Virus record (IMG/VR): IMGVR_UViG_3300037419_002114 | DNA from: an uncultured virus (IMG/VR IMGVR_UViG_3300037419_002114) | Lineage: Duplodnaviria; Heunggongvirae; Uroviricota; Caudoviricetes | Direction: 5' to 3' (one strand) | DNA: 64,000 bases | In this document: one piece after another, positions 48,603 to 58,482 of the stretch | How positions within the stretch are numbered: the first letter of the stretch is position 1 | How the letters are laid out: every line of letters starts with the position of its first letter | Translations under genes and position numbers: made by a program | Notes under the pieces: model-generated | The model's input: the letters and a program-made list of their open reading frames with translations, nothing else | The model's database searches: none | Told to the model about the DNA's origin: nothing

Positions 48603-50552
48603 TTACATTTGAACGATACGCACTTGTTGCGAAACCGTGCCGTTGTTTACCACGGTTATGTTATTGTCGTCATAATTCACTTGGATTTTATCACTATCAA
48701 CAATAATCTTTTTACCTTCAATCCACACGGCATCCCAAAACTCAATGGTTTTAATCATAGGAGCAGTAGCATCCGTTGTAACCGAACGAATACGCCAATA
48801 ACGGTGTTTTCCGACGTTTGGTGAATAGAAACCGTAGTCAGTAGTAGATGCGACTTTATCGTTTGTGATCGCCTGCGTGTAGTTCGTGCCATCGTCGCTG
48901 TATTCAACGGCTAACGTCTGTGGCTGGGTCGTTGCTGCCGTTCCGTTAAAGAGAACACGCACATATCCGATTGCTTGTTCATACCCTGCCCCAAAGTCAT
49001 ACCCAATGTTCCAATCGCCTGCACCTGAACCGGCTTGGTAATACGTACTATCATTCGAGTCGAACGCTTTCGTTTGGTTATAACTCGCATTTAAGAATCG
49101 TGACGCAAACGCTTTGGTCGTATCGGTTGCTTGGTTGATGTTTCGTTGCGTAGAAACACCTGTCACTAAATACGGTGTAATCAATTTGTCTTTTCCACTT
49201 GCGATGTTTACTGCGTTCCCTGCGGCTACGGTTACGAGTGTCGAGGTACGTACAGGACTTCCGACAACAGAGCCATTATAAGCGAATGCCCCACCCACTT
49301 CTGAAATTTTGTCCAAATACGTTTTATTGGAATGGACATGAATATTACCTATATCCGCAGTCGATACGCTTGAGTTATTCGTCAACTTCGATAACGTAGT
49401 AGAAGCGTTTGAAAGAGCGTCTTGTTTTGCACTAACGAGCGTATTTGTTTTGCTCGCAGATAGTACCGTAGTGGTGCTGGATAAATTGGTGTCATCAATC
49501 GTTGCACCACCTGTACCACCACCTACAACAGACCCATTATAGGTCATCTTTCCTGTTCCATCTTCACCAATCTTCGCAACCTGCGTTGCATTAGAAAGGG
49601 TCGTTTGCTTTCCTGCGAGCAAATCAGAGGTGTGTTTAGCCGAGAATACGGTTGTAGTCGAAGTCGCATCTGCATCATTCACGGTAGCCCCACTCGTTCC
49701 ACCAACCGATGCTCCATTATACGTCAGTTTTCCGCTTCCATCCTCGCCAATTTTAGCAAGTTGTGTAGCGTTCGAAAGTGTTCCTTGTTTGTTATCAAGA
49801 GCAATTTGAAGTCCGCTTACATCACCAATGACATGTTGATGACCAGTATCGGATTTCCCTGCCAATAAATCAGACGTGTGCTTTGCGGAGAAAACAGTTG
49901 TAGTAGAAGTCGCATCCGCATCGTTCACGGTAGCACCGCTTGTTCCGCCACCAACGGCCGAACCATTATACGTCAGTTTTCCGCTTCCATCTTCGCCAAT
50001 TTTTGCTACTTGTGAAGCATTCGCTAAAGCGTCTTGTTTGTTACTTAAAGCGTTTGAAAGTCCAGTAACATCAGAGATGGCATGCGTATGACTCACGTTT
50101 GCTTTGCCTAAAAGCGTATCATTAAGCGAGATGATATCGCCTGCATTATGCGTATGCGTTTTTGGTGCATACGTAGCATCTGCACTTGTTTTCGTAGGGT
50201 AACGATTATCAAGGTCAGTGTACGTAATGCCTGTATCTTGCCACGAAACTACGCCACCAACGATATTTGCTGCCATGAACTTATTCACATCTTCAACATA
50301 ACGAAGTTCGTCTTGCATTACGCCAGTTGTCGGAAGAGCAGAAGCCGTTCCTACATGAATAATACCACCACCGCTAGATTGAGTAGAACCAGTTCCACCA
50401 GGAACAAATGCATCATAGGTTTGAGAAGTAGTGTTCCAAAGCATAATTTTGTTCGTTGCCGTATCAACATAAATTTTGCCTGCCGTACCTATTGCTTGAG
50501 AATCATAGTTTTGTACATTTGAAGTTGCTGAACGTCCAAATCCAAAAGGCAT
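48603..50552 (-). CDS. Tail fibre-like protein with internal repeats and C-terminal discoidin (F5/8C)-like domain
   Basis: HTHAISDVTGL motifs, repeated AKIGEDGSGKLTYNG units, KAFD..VEYSDDG..HRYWRI. Confidence 0.75.
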   Translation of the reverse strand: MPFGFGRSATSNVQNYDSQAIGTAGKIYVDTATNKIMLWNTTSQTYDAFVPGGTGSTQSSGGGIIHVGTASALPTTGVMQDELRYVEDVNKFMAANIVGGVVSWQDTGITYTDLDNRYPTKTSADATYAPKTHTHNAGDIISLNDTLLGKANVSHTHAISDVTGLSNALSNKQDALANASQVAKIGEDGSGKLTYNGSAVGGGTSGATVNDADATSTTTVFSAKHTSDLLAGKSDTGHQHVIGDVSGLQIALDNKQGTLSNATQLAKIGEDGSGKLTYNGASVGGTSGATVNDADATSTTTVFSAKHTSDLLAGKQTTLSNATQVAKIGEDGTGKMTYNGSVVGGGTGGATIDDTNLSSTTTVLSASKTNTLVSAKQDALSNASTTLSKLTNNSSVSTADIGNIHVHSNKTYLDKISEVGGAFAYNGSVVGSPVRTSTLVTVAAGNAVNIASGKDKLITPYLVTGVSTQRNINQATDTTKAFASRFLNASYNQTKAFDSNDSTYYQAGSGAGDWNIGYDFGAGYEQAIGYVRVLFNGTAATTQPQTLAVEYSDDGTNYTQAITNDKVASTTDYGFYSPNVGKHRYWRIRSVTTDATAPMIKTIEFWDAVWIEGKKIIVDSDKIQVNYDDNNITVVNNGTVSQQVRIVQM

Positions 50553-50571
50553 GTTCTTGCCCTCCTTTTAA

Positions 50572-50871
50572 TTAAGATAGAAATACAATAGTTGTAGGCG
50601 TAGGAGAAGCAGTTGTTACTTTCACAGTTACCGATTCAAGGTCAACAAACGGCTCTAAACTTGCCCCTTCACCCATCGGAATGAAATCTCCGCCATTAAA
50701 ACTCACTTCAATTACGGCACTGCATTTAATAATGTTCACTGAAAATGCTCCAAATGGAACAGTTACAACATGGTCACCAGTAGCTGAAGAATCCAAGTCA
50801 ACACGAGAAACCTTCGAAATACCGGATAGAATGACACGATTATTTTGATCGACTTTTTGAACGTATGCCAT
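50572..50871 (-). CDS. Small beta-rich structural/hypothetical protein
   Basis: AAGGAGG RBS, upstream of fibre gene. Confidence 0.7.
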   Translation of the reverse strand: MAYVQKVDQNNRVILSGISKVSRVDLDSSATGDHVVTVPFGAFSVNIIKCSAVIEVSFNGGDFIPMGEGASLEPFVDLESVTVKVTTASPTPTTIVFLS

Positions 50872-50920
50872 TTTTATTCCTCCTTAGAAAAAGTAAGAGA
50901 GGCCAAATTGACCCCTCTAT

Positions 50921-52093
50921 TTATTGAAGTGGTTGACCACTTAAAAAACGAAGCACATTGGCTGCGTCATGAAGTTTGCTTTGAGCGTCTGCATCTGTTG
51001 AAAGACCATATGCTTTTTGAAGAACCAAAAGTCCTGCGTTTGCCGTATCCACATCAAGGACAGGCGGTTTATTCAATCGAAGTGTTTGTCCAACGAACAA
51101 AGCATCGCTAGTGAGTCCATTAAATGCTTTAATATCCGAAATCGCAAGTTTCGTTTTCATTGAAACTGAATAAAGTGTGTCGCCTGCAACGACTGTATAG
51201 ATATCCGTTGGTGCTGGCGTTGGGTAGTTATCCCAAATCCACGTTCCATCGGAAATTTGACGAACAGACGAATGATCCCACTTCTTTGCTTCAGTAATGG
51301 CATCCGTTTGTGTGACGAACTCTTGAAGCAATTTTTCGAATTGATATACGCGGTACTGCATCGGTTTTGGAAGCACTTTAATATATTTACCGCTCACATA
51401 TCCGCCTTCCGGACCATACGTTGTTTTATACCAATCTACGCCATCAACCGTATCTTTTTCGATTAGATGAATCTGATCGTTGAGTTTTAGTTGATAACGA
51501 ACCGGAAACGTTGTTCCAAGTCCTGCACGAATGTTTAACGTAGAAGCAGGGTCAATACCAACGACTTGTCCGATATCATCCATTACAACACCTTTAACGC
51601 CATTTAAAAGAATAGCAAGTTCATGACGAAATTGATCCATCGACTTTCCGTGTGCTTGAAAGTATTCGTCTGGATCTGTATGTGTACCGTGGTCTTGCGG
51701 ATACATAATCGTTACTTCGTGGTGAGAATATACTTTTTCAACTGGAATTTTCCAACGAGTGCAGATATCACTTGCAAGCCATAAAGCACGATTCCACACT
51801 TCCGTAAACTTAGTCATTTCGGTAAACTCGCAACATTCCACACCTATCCCGGAGTGGTTAGCAGTATAAAGAGCGTGCCAGGCAATTTCTGTTTCCGGCA
51901 CAGTTCGAATGATGGAGGTGTCGTCAACAAAGTAATGAGCACTCGCATTACGATTTCCGGTATTAAACCAGTTAAATTCATTTTGTGCAGTTGCCCCATT
52001 ATCTGCCGTTGAGTGAATGACAAGGATTGTTGGGTTTAATGGTTGGTTGCTTCGATTATATGAAATTAATTTTTCAGTAATTTGATATGCCAT
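50921..52093 (-). CDS. Endolysin: N-acetylmuramoyl-L-alanine amidase + SH3 + LysM
   Basis: VIHST, ASAHYFVD, AWHA, IGVE, HTDP; LNIRAG SH3b; YTVVAGDTL LysM. Confidence 0.92.
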   Translation of the reverse strand: MAYQITEKLISYNRSNQPLNPTILVIHSTADNGATAQNEFNWFNTGNRNASAHYFVDDTSIIRTVPETEIAWHALYTANHSGIGVECCEFTEMTKFTEVWNRALWLASDICTRWKIPVEKVYSHHEVTIMYPQDHGTHTDPDEYFQAHGKSMDQFRHELAILLNGVKGVVMDDIGQVVGIDPASTLNIRAGLGTTFPVRYQLKLNDQIHLIEKDTVDGVDWYKTTYGPEGGYVSGKYIKVLPKPMQYRVYQFEKLLQEFVTQTDAITEAKKWDHSSVRQISDGTWIWDNYPTPAPTDIYTVVAGDTLYSVSMKTKLAISDIKAFNGLTSDALFVGQTLRLNKPPVLDVDTANAGLLVLQKAYGLSTDADAQSKLHDAANVLRFLSGQPLQ

Positions 52094-52103
52094 TTTACTT
52101 CAC

Positions 52104-52451
52104 CTATTTCCTTTCTTCGAGTTCTTCACGCAGTAAATCAAGTTGTTCACGCAAGATTTTGTTTTCCGCCATCAATTTGGCGTTTTCTTGTTTAACCATA
52201 TTTAATTCGTCCATTAAGTTTTTAATGTCAGCGATCAAATCTTCACGGTCTTTTTCTAAAAACTCAAGGCGATTGGTCATGATGCCCATCTGCATGAAAA
52301 CAGAGTTTAATACTTGTTGATTCGCATCTAACTTATGTTTTTTTCTTGAAATAAAATAGTTTACACCTGCAGTGATAATGACTCCGAAAAATGTAAACAT
52401 AGCGGCTTGCATATCCGTAAGGCTACTCCAATCCACTCGTATCTCCCCCAT
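52104..52451 (-). CDS. Lysis-module TM + coiled-coil protein
   Basis: One TM then coiled coil, between holin and endolysin. Confidence 0.65.
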   Translation of the reverse strand: MGEIRVDWSSLTDMQAAMFTFFGVIITAGVNYFISRKKHKLDANQQVLNSVFMQMGIMTNRLEFLEKDREDLIADIKNLMDELNMVKQENAKLMAENKILREQLDLLREELEERK

Positions 52452-52740
52452 CTGTCAATCCATTCACAAATCTTCCAACGCTTTCTGTCTGTATCGGTTG
52501 TATGATTGAAGGTTCGCTAGATTGCACATTTTCTATTGGTTTTGGTGTTTCTGTTGGCGTTGCATTGTAACTTTTCATAATACCAGTACCCATCAATACA
52601 AAGGAGAGCAAGTCTACAAGTTGCGTATATAAATCAGTCGGCACGTGAATGCCAAAATGAATTAGGACTTGATAGAGAAAACTAACAACTGCAAGAATAA
52701 AGTACGGATTCTTTAGTCGATTCAGCAGTGCATCTTTCAT
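52423..52740 (-). CDS. Holin
   Basis: RLKNPYFILAV..two TMs; AGGAGGTG RBS at MKDALL. Confidence 0.75.
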   Translation of the reverse strand: MKDALLNRLKNPYFILAVVSFLYQVLIHFGIHVPTDLYTQLVDLLSFVLMGTGIMKSYNATPTETPKPIENVQSSEPSIIQPIQTESVGRFVNGLTDGGDTSGLE

Positions 52741-52788
52741 GTTCTCACCTCCTTGTAAAAAAAGAGGTGTCCTAAGACACCCCATTCG

Positions 52789-54069
52789 TTATTTAACTTG
52801 ATACCCTTCAAAACTCGTCCAGTGCGTATAAACGCCACGAATCGTAGCGGCATATTGGACGTTTACATAGGCTTCAATTACATCGCCTACTGCAATTTTC
52901 GTACGAGCCGTTCCACCAAGCATTCGAACGCCATCGTTTGTTCCAGTAGGAGTTGCACCAACAACTTGAATCGGAACACCGTTCTTTTTAATCACAGTAG
53001 TAAAGAAGTTAGTACCACCTGTATACGTGTTATTGATATACGTATAAAGGGTGAATTCATACGTTCCTGCTTTTGTTGCTGTCCACTTAAAGTTCGTTTT
53101 ATCGAACTCATTTAAGTCGTCAAAATCAGTTGTATTAAACGCAACTTTTACGTCTGTGTTAATCGTAGGTGTTTGGTCTGCCGACATATACACTTTAAAG
53201 TTCGTCTTTGTCGATTCAAGAGCCGCTAAGCGTGAACCAACGTTTGCTAGAACTGTTTCAGACGTTTTAGGAGTCGTTGCATTCGGAAACAAATTACCAC
53301 TATCGGCAACCGAGATATACTGTGCTCCAGCGTTTCCTGTCGTAAGAACCGTTTTATAGGTGCTTACGCCATCCCATAACTGCAAAGAACCACTAGATGC
53401 CAAAAGCATTACTTTCGTGCCTTCTACGGTAAATTCCATATTTCCAGGAGTCGTAGAGTTTGCGTTCCAAACGATTTTCGAAAGAGCACCACGTCCTGCG
53501 TCAAAATAGAGAATCGGAACACCGTGTGGTCCGATATAGGCGTTTCCACTAGCGTCTTGTTTTAACTTATTTACAAAGAGTTCGTTTAACGCACCTTCGA
53601 CCGTGGTAGAAGCAAAGTTACTGGAAGCGTTTTGAAGCGTAATTTGATCGGAACGAATACGTCCTACTTCTACCCAAACGCTCGATAGGTACACTTTCAA
53701 GACCTTGTAGTTTGCATTCGAAGTATCAAGCCACATATCATTTGCACTAGGACTACTTGGAGCAGACGCTGATTGTGTAATCACTTTTTGCTTTCCACTT
53801 TGAAGAGCAGTAATAGCCGATGCATTTGTGGAGATATTTCCTGTGTTCGTTGCAATATCACTTGTATTCGTACTCACACTTGTTTGCAAAGAACTAATCG
53901 CAGAAGCATTTGTATCGGCTTCTGATTTAGCGAGATTTGCTTTATCTGAAATCGACTTTAAATTACTATCAATCGTTGCAAACGCACTATTAAAATCATC
54001 CATCAGCACATAATCATTACTAAGCCATTGAGGAAGGCTATAGTTTGTTGTATGGTTAGTTGATGCCAT
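52789..54069 (-). CDS. Tail fibre / receptor-binding protein with C-terminal C1q-like domain
   Basis: MASTNHTTNYSLPQW..DFN anchor, coiled coil, VAFN..F..GTYEF..GDVIE. Confidence 0.8.
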   Translation of the reverse strand: MASTNHTTNYSLPQWLSNDYVLMDDFNSAFATIDSNLKSISDKANLAKSEADTNASAISSLQTSVSTNTSDIATNTGNISTNASAITALQSGKQKVITQSASAPSSPSANDMWLDTSNANYKVLKVYLSSVWVEVGRIRSDQITLQNASSNFASTTVEGALNELFVNKLKQDASGNAYIGPHGVPILYFDAGRGALSKIVWNANSTTPGNMEFTVEGTKVMLLASSGSLQLWDGVSTYKTVLTTGNAGAQYISVADSGNLFPNATTPKTSETVLANVGSRLAALESTKTNFKVYMSADQTPTINTDVKVAFNTTDFDDLNEFDKTNFKWTATKAGTYEFTLYTYINNTYTGGTNFFTTVIKKNGVPIQVVGATPTGTNDGVRMLGGTARTKIAVGDVIEAYVNVQYAATIRGVYTHWTSFEGYQVK

Positions 54070-54080
54070 TCTTCATCCTC

Positions 54081-54647
54081 CTATTTCCAGACTCGCAGTT
54101 GATCCCATGTTAGACCAGAACCGCCATTTTGACTTTTTAAATCGTTCCACGTATGGGTTGAAAGTTCGCCCCATATTAAATACGTATAAATGAATGTAAG
54201 AGCAAGATGAGCAGGAACAACACGCTCAAGGGAATCTCTTACTAATGTTAGGTTTGAAGGAATTCCACGAGTTCCTACAAAGTGAATCTCGATTTCATAG
54301 TTTGAAAAGTTTTCAACTACATCAATTTCACCATTCACAAAACTTGCCGCAATATTTTGAAGCATAGAAGCATTCACAGTTCCAATTCCTCGCAATTTAG
54401 CAAGGAGGGCAGATCTTCGCTCATCAACTGTAAGGGAAGTATCTGTTGGAACGTCTAATATGGATTCCCAATAAGAAAGACCCCAAGTTGCAGTCGAAAC
54501 AAATAATTGATTCATTAGGTCTTGTACAGAGGTCGAATACGCATCCATCTCTTCGGCTTGACGAGTTAAAATATTCGTTACAGTGTTTGATTCTTGGTAG
54601 TAATCCGGCATGTTTTGAAGCATTGAATCCAAGAGAGGTCTACTCAT
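54081..54647 (-). CDS. Baseplate wedge protein (YmfQ/XkdU-like)
   Basis: TATWGL.YWE, ERR..L.AKLRG.GT, PAHL. Confidence 0.85.
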   Translation of the reverse strand: MSRPLLDSMLQNMPDYYQESNTVTNILTRQAEEMDAYSTSVQDLMNQLFVSTATWGLSYWESILDVPTDTSLTVDERRSALLAKLRGIGTVNASMLQNIAASFVNGEIDVVENFSNYEIEIHFVGTRGIPSNLTLVRDSLERVVPAHLALTFIYTYLIWGELSTHTWNDLKSQNGGSGLTWDQLRVWK

Positions 54648-55711
54648 TAGATGGTCACACTCCCTAGAATGGGAACAGTATCACCTGCTAAGATGATATT
54701 TCCACTACCACCATTCATATTAAATCCAGTTAAATCCACAACGCCAGGAATATTTAAAATCGTAAAAGCAACATGACTGATACGCACTGTTGTATCTTTA
54801 AACGCAAGTGTTTTAAAATAATCCGCAATCGCAGAATTTACTTGCGTCATCACGCTTGGTTTATCGACACCTGTATCTAAAACCAGCGTTCCAGTAAAGT
54901 TGATCGTGAGTGATTTTGCCGCTTCTACCGTAACACTCGCTCCTACAGGCCGAACTGAATCAACATACGTCTGTACACTCGTAACAAGTGAACTCGTTGC
55001 AGGTGAACCGTTTCCATCAATAACTGCGATACGAACCGTTCCATTGCCGTAAGCAAGCGGAAACACTTTGCAATCACCAACGCCTGCTACCGAACGAACC
55101 CACTGCACGTATTCATTCGCATTCCCACTTGTCGCTGGAAGCTGAACCTTTTGATAATAGCGGCTCAAAAGTGCCGTATCGCTTTCAGCATCGACACCGC
55201 CAGCAAAAGCCGAAGCGTTTGTTACACGAAGTACACCGGATAAATTACCTGTAACCACGGTAATTGTGCCTACTGCCACGTTTCCAAGGATTCCGCCAAC
55301 ATTGCATTCAGCAGGGGCATCCACGCTACCTTGACCGTTTGAACCAGTTGTAATCGTAGCATCAGCAGTCGTTGTAAACGAGAGGGCACTTGCATCTGAT
55401 GTGTTGCAAACCGTTCCTTTTGGAATCACTTGACCAATGTTTCCACTAAAGGTAAGCGTTCCATTCGACACAACAGAAGGAAGCCGATAAATACCAACCT
55501 CTGCTGCTCGTAAATCCAAAAATACTCCTGTTGCTGTATTTGCAAACCCCATTTTAAAGAGGTATTCAAGGGCTTGATAAAGATTATAGATTTCATAAGT
55601 AGAAGGATTTAAAAGATCCCAAACTACCGAACCTTCACGTGTATCTAAACTTGCATCCACTTTTGAAAGCATTCGAGTTAAAATCACTTGTGGCGTTTGA
55701 TCTTCATACAT
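54647..55711 (-). CDS. Baseplate J-like protein (XkdT-like)
   Basis: DTREGS, ATG.FLD, GG.DAESD, SGN..Y..W, GNGTV, RPVGA. Confidence 0.92.
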   Translation of the reverse strand: MYEDQTPQVILTRMLSKVDASLDTREGSVVWDLLNPSTYEIYNLYQALEYLFKMGFANTATGVFLDLRAAEVGIYRLPSVVSNGTLTFSGNIGQVIPKGTVCNTSDASALSFTTTADATITTGSNGQGSVDAPAECNVGGILGNVAVGTITVVTGNLSGVLRVTNASAFAGGVDAESDTALLSRYYQKVQLPATSGNANEYVQWVRSVAGVGDCKVFPLAYGNGTVRIAVIDGNGSPATSSLVTSVQTYVDSVRPVGASVTVEAAKSLTINFTGTLVLDTGVDKPSVMTQVNSAIADYFKTLAFKDTTVRISHVAFTILNIPGVVDLTGFNMNGGSGNIILAGDTVPILGSVTI

Positions 55712-56154
55712 TACATGTTCACCTCCTGCGTAAACGTAAATCCATCACGAGTCGTTACATCAAAGGAGATGTACATGCTCGTATCAACGGTTGAAAATGA
55801 AAAGTTTGTTAGGTCAGCGATTCGGTCATCTACCGAAAGAGCATCTTGAATAAGTCGCTGGATTTCTTGCTGAAGAAAAATGGGGGGAAGTTGTTCGGAT
55901 AAAACCGATTCAATTTCACTTCCATAATCGGTCGAATACATTAAATACCGATACCTTGGCGTTAGGATTGCTTTGAAAATCGACTGCTTTAACGCATCAA
56001 TGCCGTCAACAAACACGTTTTCAATCTCGCCAGTTTCAAAGTTAATTCGATAGGTTTTACTTGGCGTTAGCGGTTTTGTATTATCTACTAATTGAGGTTC
56101 TTGAACAGGTGTGCTAGAAGCAGTTTGCGTCATTTGAAGAGGTGAAAGTGCCAT
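55711..56154 (-). CDS. Baseplate protein (XkdS-like)
   Basis: ALKQ.I.KA.LTPRYRY..YS.DYGSE, DAL..DDRI. Confidence 0.88.
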   Translation of the reverse strand: MALSPLQMTQTASSTPVQEPQLVDNTKPLTPSKTYRINFETGEIENVFVDGIDALKQSIFKAILTPRYRYLMYSTDYGSEIESVLSEQLPPIFLQQEIQRLIQDALSVDDRIADLTNFSFSTVDTSMYISFDVTTRDGFTFTQEVNM

Positions 56155-56429
56155 TAAAACGCCACCACCTTGTCTAAAATTAAGTAGGTTTGTCCTTTAT
56201 TCATTTGAACAACCATCACTCGATCCCCTACTTGCATGGTTTGAGAATACGAGTTTAAAAATAAAAGATGGTCTTTCTCTAATGTAAGCCCCACATCTTC
56301 AAGTTTGATTTGTGGGGGAGATGTTTGGACAATCGTAGCAAACTCAAAAATAAAGGAGTCATTGTAGCCGAACTGTTTAATCAGTTGGACTAACTGACTC
56401 CCACCGGAACCCTGCAGAGGTTCTTTCAT
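56154..56429 (-). CDS. Baseplate spike-associated protein (XkdR-like)
   Basis: VGDRV..GQTYLILDKV; synteny. Confidence 0.8.
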   Translation of the reverse strand: MKEPLQGSGGSQLVQLIKQFGYNDSFIFEFATIVQTSPPQIKLEDVGLTLEKDHLLFLNSYSQTMQVGDRVMVVQMNKGQTYLILDKVVAF

Positions 56430-56447
56430 CTACAACAACTCCTTAGA

Positions 56448-57572
56448 TTATTGGGTATTGAGGGAATATCCATAGTTAATACGATTGATAAGTTGGTCAA
56501 GTGGCGTAGGGGCTTTTGATTTACCGCTTCCCTTTGCTTTGTGAATTGCCCATTCTCTCTCTTCCGGTAAGATGATAAATGGCAAATCATCCGTAGGAGA
56601 AATATCAAGCGTCATTTTATATGAGCCGTTTCCATCAATCGTGTGCATATCGGTAATGATATAGTAAGGTCCGTATAGACCAGTAATCGGTTCGTTTACA
56701 TACACGCTCTTGCCTGCTAAACATTCTTTCACGCCTAAACTATCGACCGATATGACGATATTAGGTCGTTTCATTTTCTCTAAAACAATGTTAGCGTGAT
56801 GTTGAGCACGGTCATTTGGAATGCTTGTTCCGATTGATTCAATATGTTGCATTAAACCGAAGGCTGCAATGCTTTCTTCGTCTTTCGCAATCACATACGA
56901 ATACTTTCCAGTAGGAGAATCTTCGTTTCCTTGCGTTACTTTAATTTGGTTTCGCACTTCTTCGATATCGTAACTTGCGTTCACATGTTCGATATTGTAG
57001 TTTGACTCTAACACATACGGAACAATTTGCTGAGAACGTTTTAATATGTTGACTTTTCCATCAATCGTTGGCATCCAAAAACTATCACCTGTTTCAAGAC
57101 GAGTTTCCGTAAACAACTCTTGAGCCATATCCCAAATTGATTTTTCACGAATAATGTGCTTTGAAAAAACATACCCAGTATCATCAATTTGGCCTGTTGG
57201 AATGCCATATTCTCTACATAACTGTTCAATAAATTGGCTTGCCGTTTGCCCATTAACCACACGCGAATCTTCGTTGTTGGTTAGATACTTTCCTTCATCA
57301 AAAGCATCCATTTTCCCTGTTCCGTTTGTATCCATCTCTACTCGAAACACAACGCCACGAAACACTTCTTCGCCATCTAAAAAAAGAGAAAGCCTTTTCC
57401 CTGCTTGAAAGTTGAAAAGGCGTGTGTTCCATGTGTTCGGATCAATATTGGCATAGGTTACAGAAATTTTTCGAGCGGCTTGTTTTAAATCCCCACTCCA
57501 TTGAACGTTTTGAAGAAGTTGATCTAAATGATATTCAACTCCATCTTGGTAATAAACAACATCCACATTCAT
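56448..57572 (-). CDS. Baseplate hub protein (XkdQ-like)
   Basis: WSGD..AARK, VFRG.VF, YL.NN, SI..FGLMQ; synteny. Confidence 0.88.
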   Translation of the reverse strand: MNVDVVYYQDGVEYHLDQLLQNVQWSGDLKQAARKISVTYANIDPNTWNTRLFNFQAGKRLSLFLDGEEVFRGVVFRVEMDTNGTGKMDAFDEGKYLTNNEDSRVVNGQTASQFIEQLCREYGIPTGQIDDTGYVFSKHIIREKSIWDMAQELFTETRLETGDSFWMPTIDGKVNILKRSQQIVPYVLESNYNIEHVNASYDIEEVRNQIKVTQGNEDSPTGKYSYVIAKDEESIAAFGLMQHIESIGTSIPNDRAQHHANIVLEKMKRPNIVISVDSLGVKECLAGKSVYVNEPITGLYGPYYIITDMHTIDGNGSYKMTLDISPTDDLPFIILPEEREWAIHKAKGSGKSKAPTPLDQLINRINYGYSLNTQ

Positions 57573-57582
57573 TCTAGCTCAC

Positions 57583-58482
57583 CTACCTCGTCAACTTTGG
57601 CATAAACAAAAGTCCAGCGGAAATGATAGCCGTTGCGTGAACTGGATTTGTTTTGAGTCCGCTTAATGCTTGCATGCTTGCATAGTTATCAATCGCTTCT
57701 TGCACTTGTGCCGAAGTAGGAGTAGGAGGGGAAGTAATCACAGGTGCTGAAGGGGTCGGTGCAACATGTTCATACATCGTAGGCGGAACAGGTTCTGTTA
57801 CCGTAATGGTGTGGGTCACTGTACCGTTTCCAATGCCAGGAATCGTCAACACTTGTCCGCTATAAATCACGTTCGGATTTTTAATCTTATCGGTGTTGGC
57901 GTTATAAATCGTAGGCCATTTTGTGGCATCGCCATAAAATCGCTTAGAAATTGCCCATAACGTATCGCCATTTTTTACCGTATACGTTCCGGCAACTTGT
58001 TCGGTCACTGTACGAGTCACCGTTTTTGTGCCTGCTGGTGAGTACGTTCTCCAACGAAGAGGACGATACTGCTTAAAGGAAATATCGAAATACACATCAC
58101 CTGGTTCTCCACCATTTTCATGATACGTAAACGAACGAACCGTAACAGGGAATGTGATATCGGTATTGGTGACCGTTAGATATAAAACCGTGGAAGCATG
58201 CATCCAGTTGATGATTTTATTTGTTGCATCATACGGTGCTAAAAAGTTTGGTGTATGGCAATAACTTGGATTGTAATCTCGTGGGAAGAAGGAACTGAAG
58301 GACACCGAATATTGCTTCGGTGTTCCTGCAATCGTCACTTCACCATAGTTGACTACATTTATATCTTGAAACTGCGTGTCTTTGGTTACAGAAAAAGAAG
58401 AGGGATTGACAGGAAATAAAATCCTGTCATCCCCATTCGATAACCAAAATTGCATTTTTGGTTGAACTGGATACTGTATCAT
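57583..58482 (-). CDS. LysM-containing tail tube initiator (XkdP-like)
   Basis: FPVNP, SSFFP, GDVYF.I.FKQY, YTVKNGDTLWAISKRFYG. Confidence 0.9.
   Translation of the reverse strand: MIQYPVQPKMQFWLSNGDDRILFPVNPSSFSVTKDTQFQDINVVNYGEVTIAGTPKQYSVSFSSFFPRDYNPSYCHTPNFLAPYDATNKIINWMHASTVLYLTVTNTDITFPVTVRSFTYHENGGEPGDVYFDISFKQYRPLRWRTYSPAGTKTVTRTVTEQVAGTYTVKNGDTLWAISKRFYGDATKWPTIYNANTDKIKNPNVIYSGQVLTIPGIGNGTVTHTITVTEPVPPTMYEHVAPTPSAPVITSPPTPTSAQVQEAIDNYASMQALSGLKTNPVHATAIISAGLLFMPKLTR

Noticed and set aside
48603..54069. Diversity-generating retroelement or invertible fibre cassette
   Set aside because: No reverse transcriptase, no adenine-specific repeat pair and no invertase nearby
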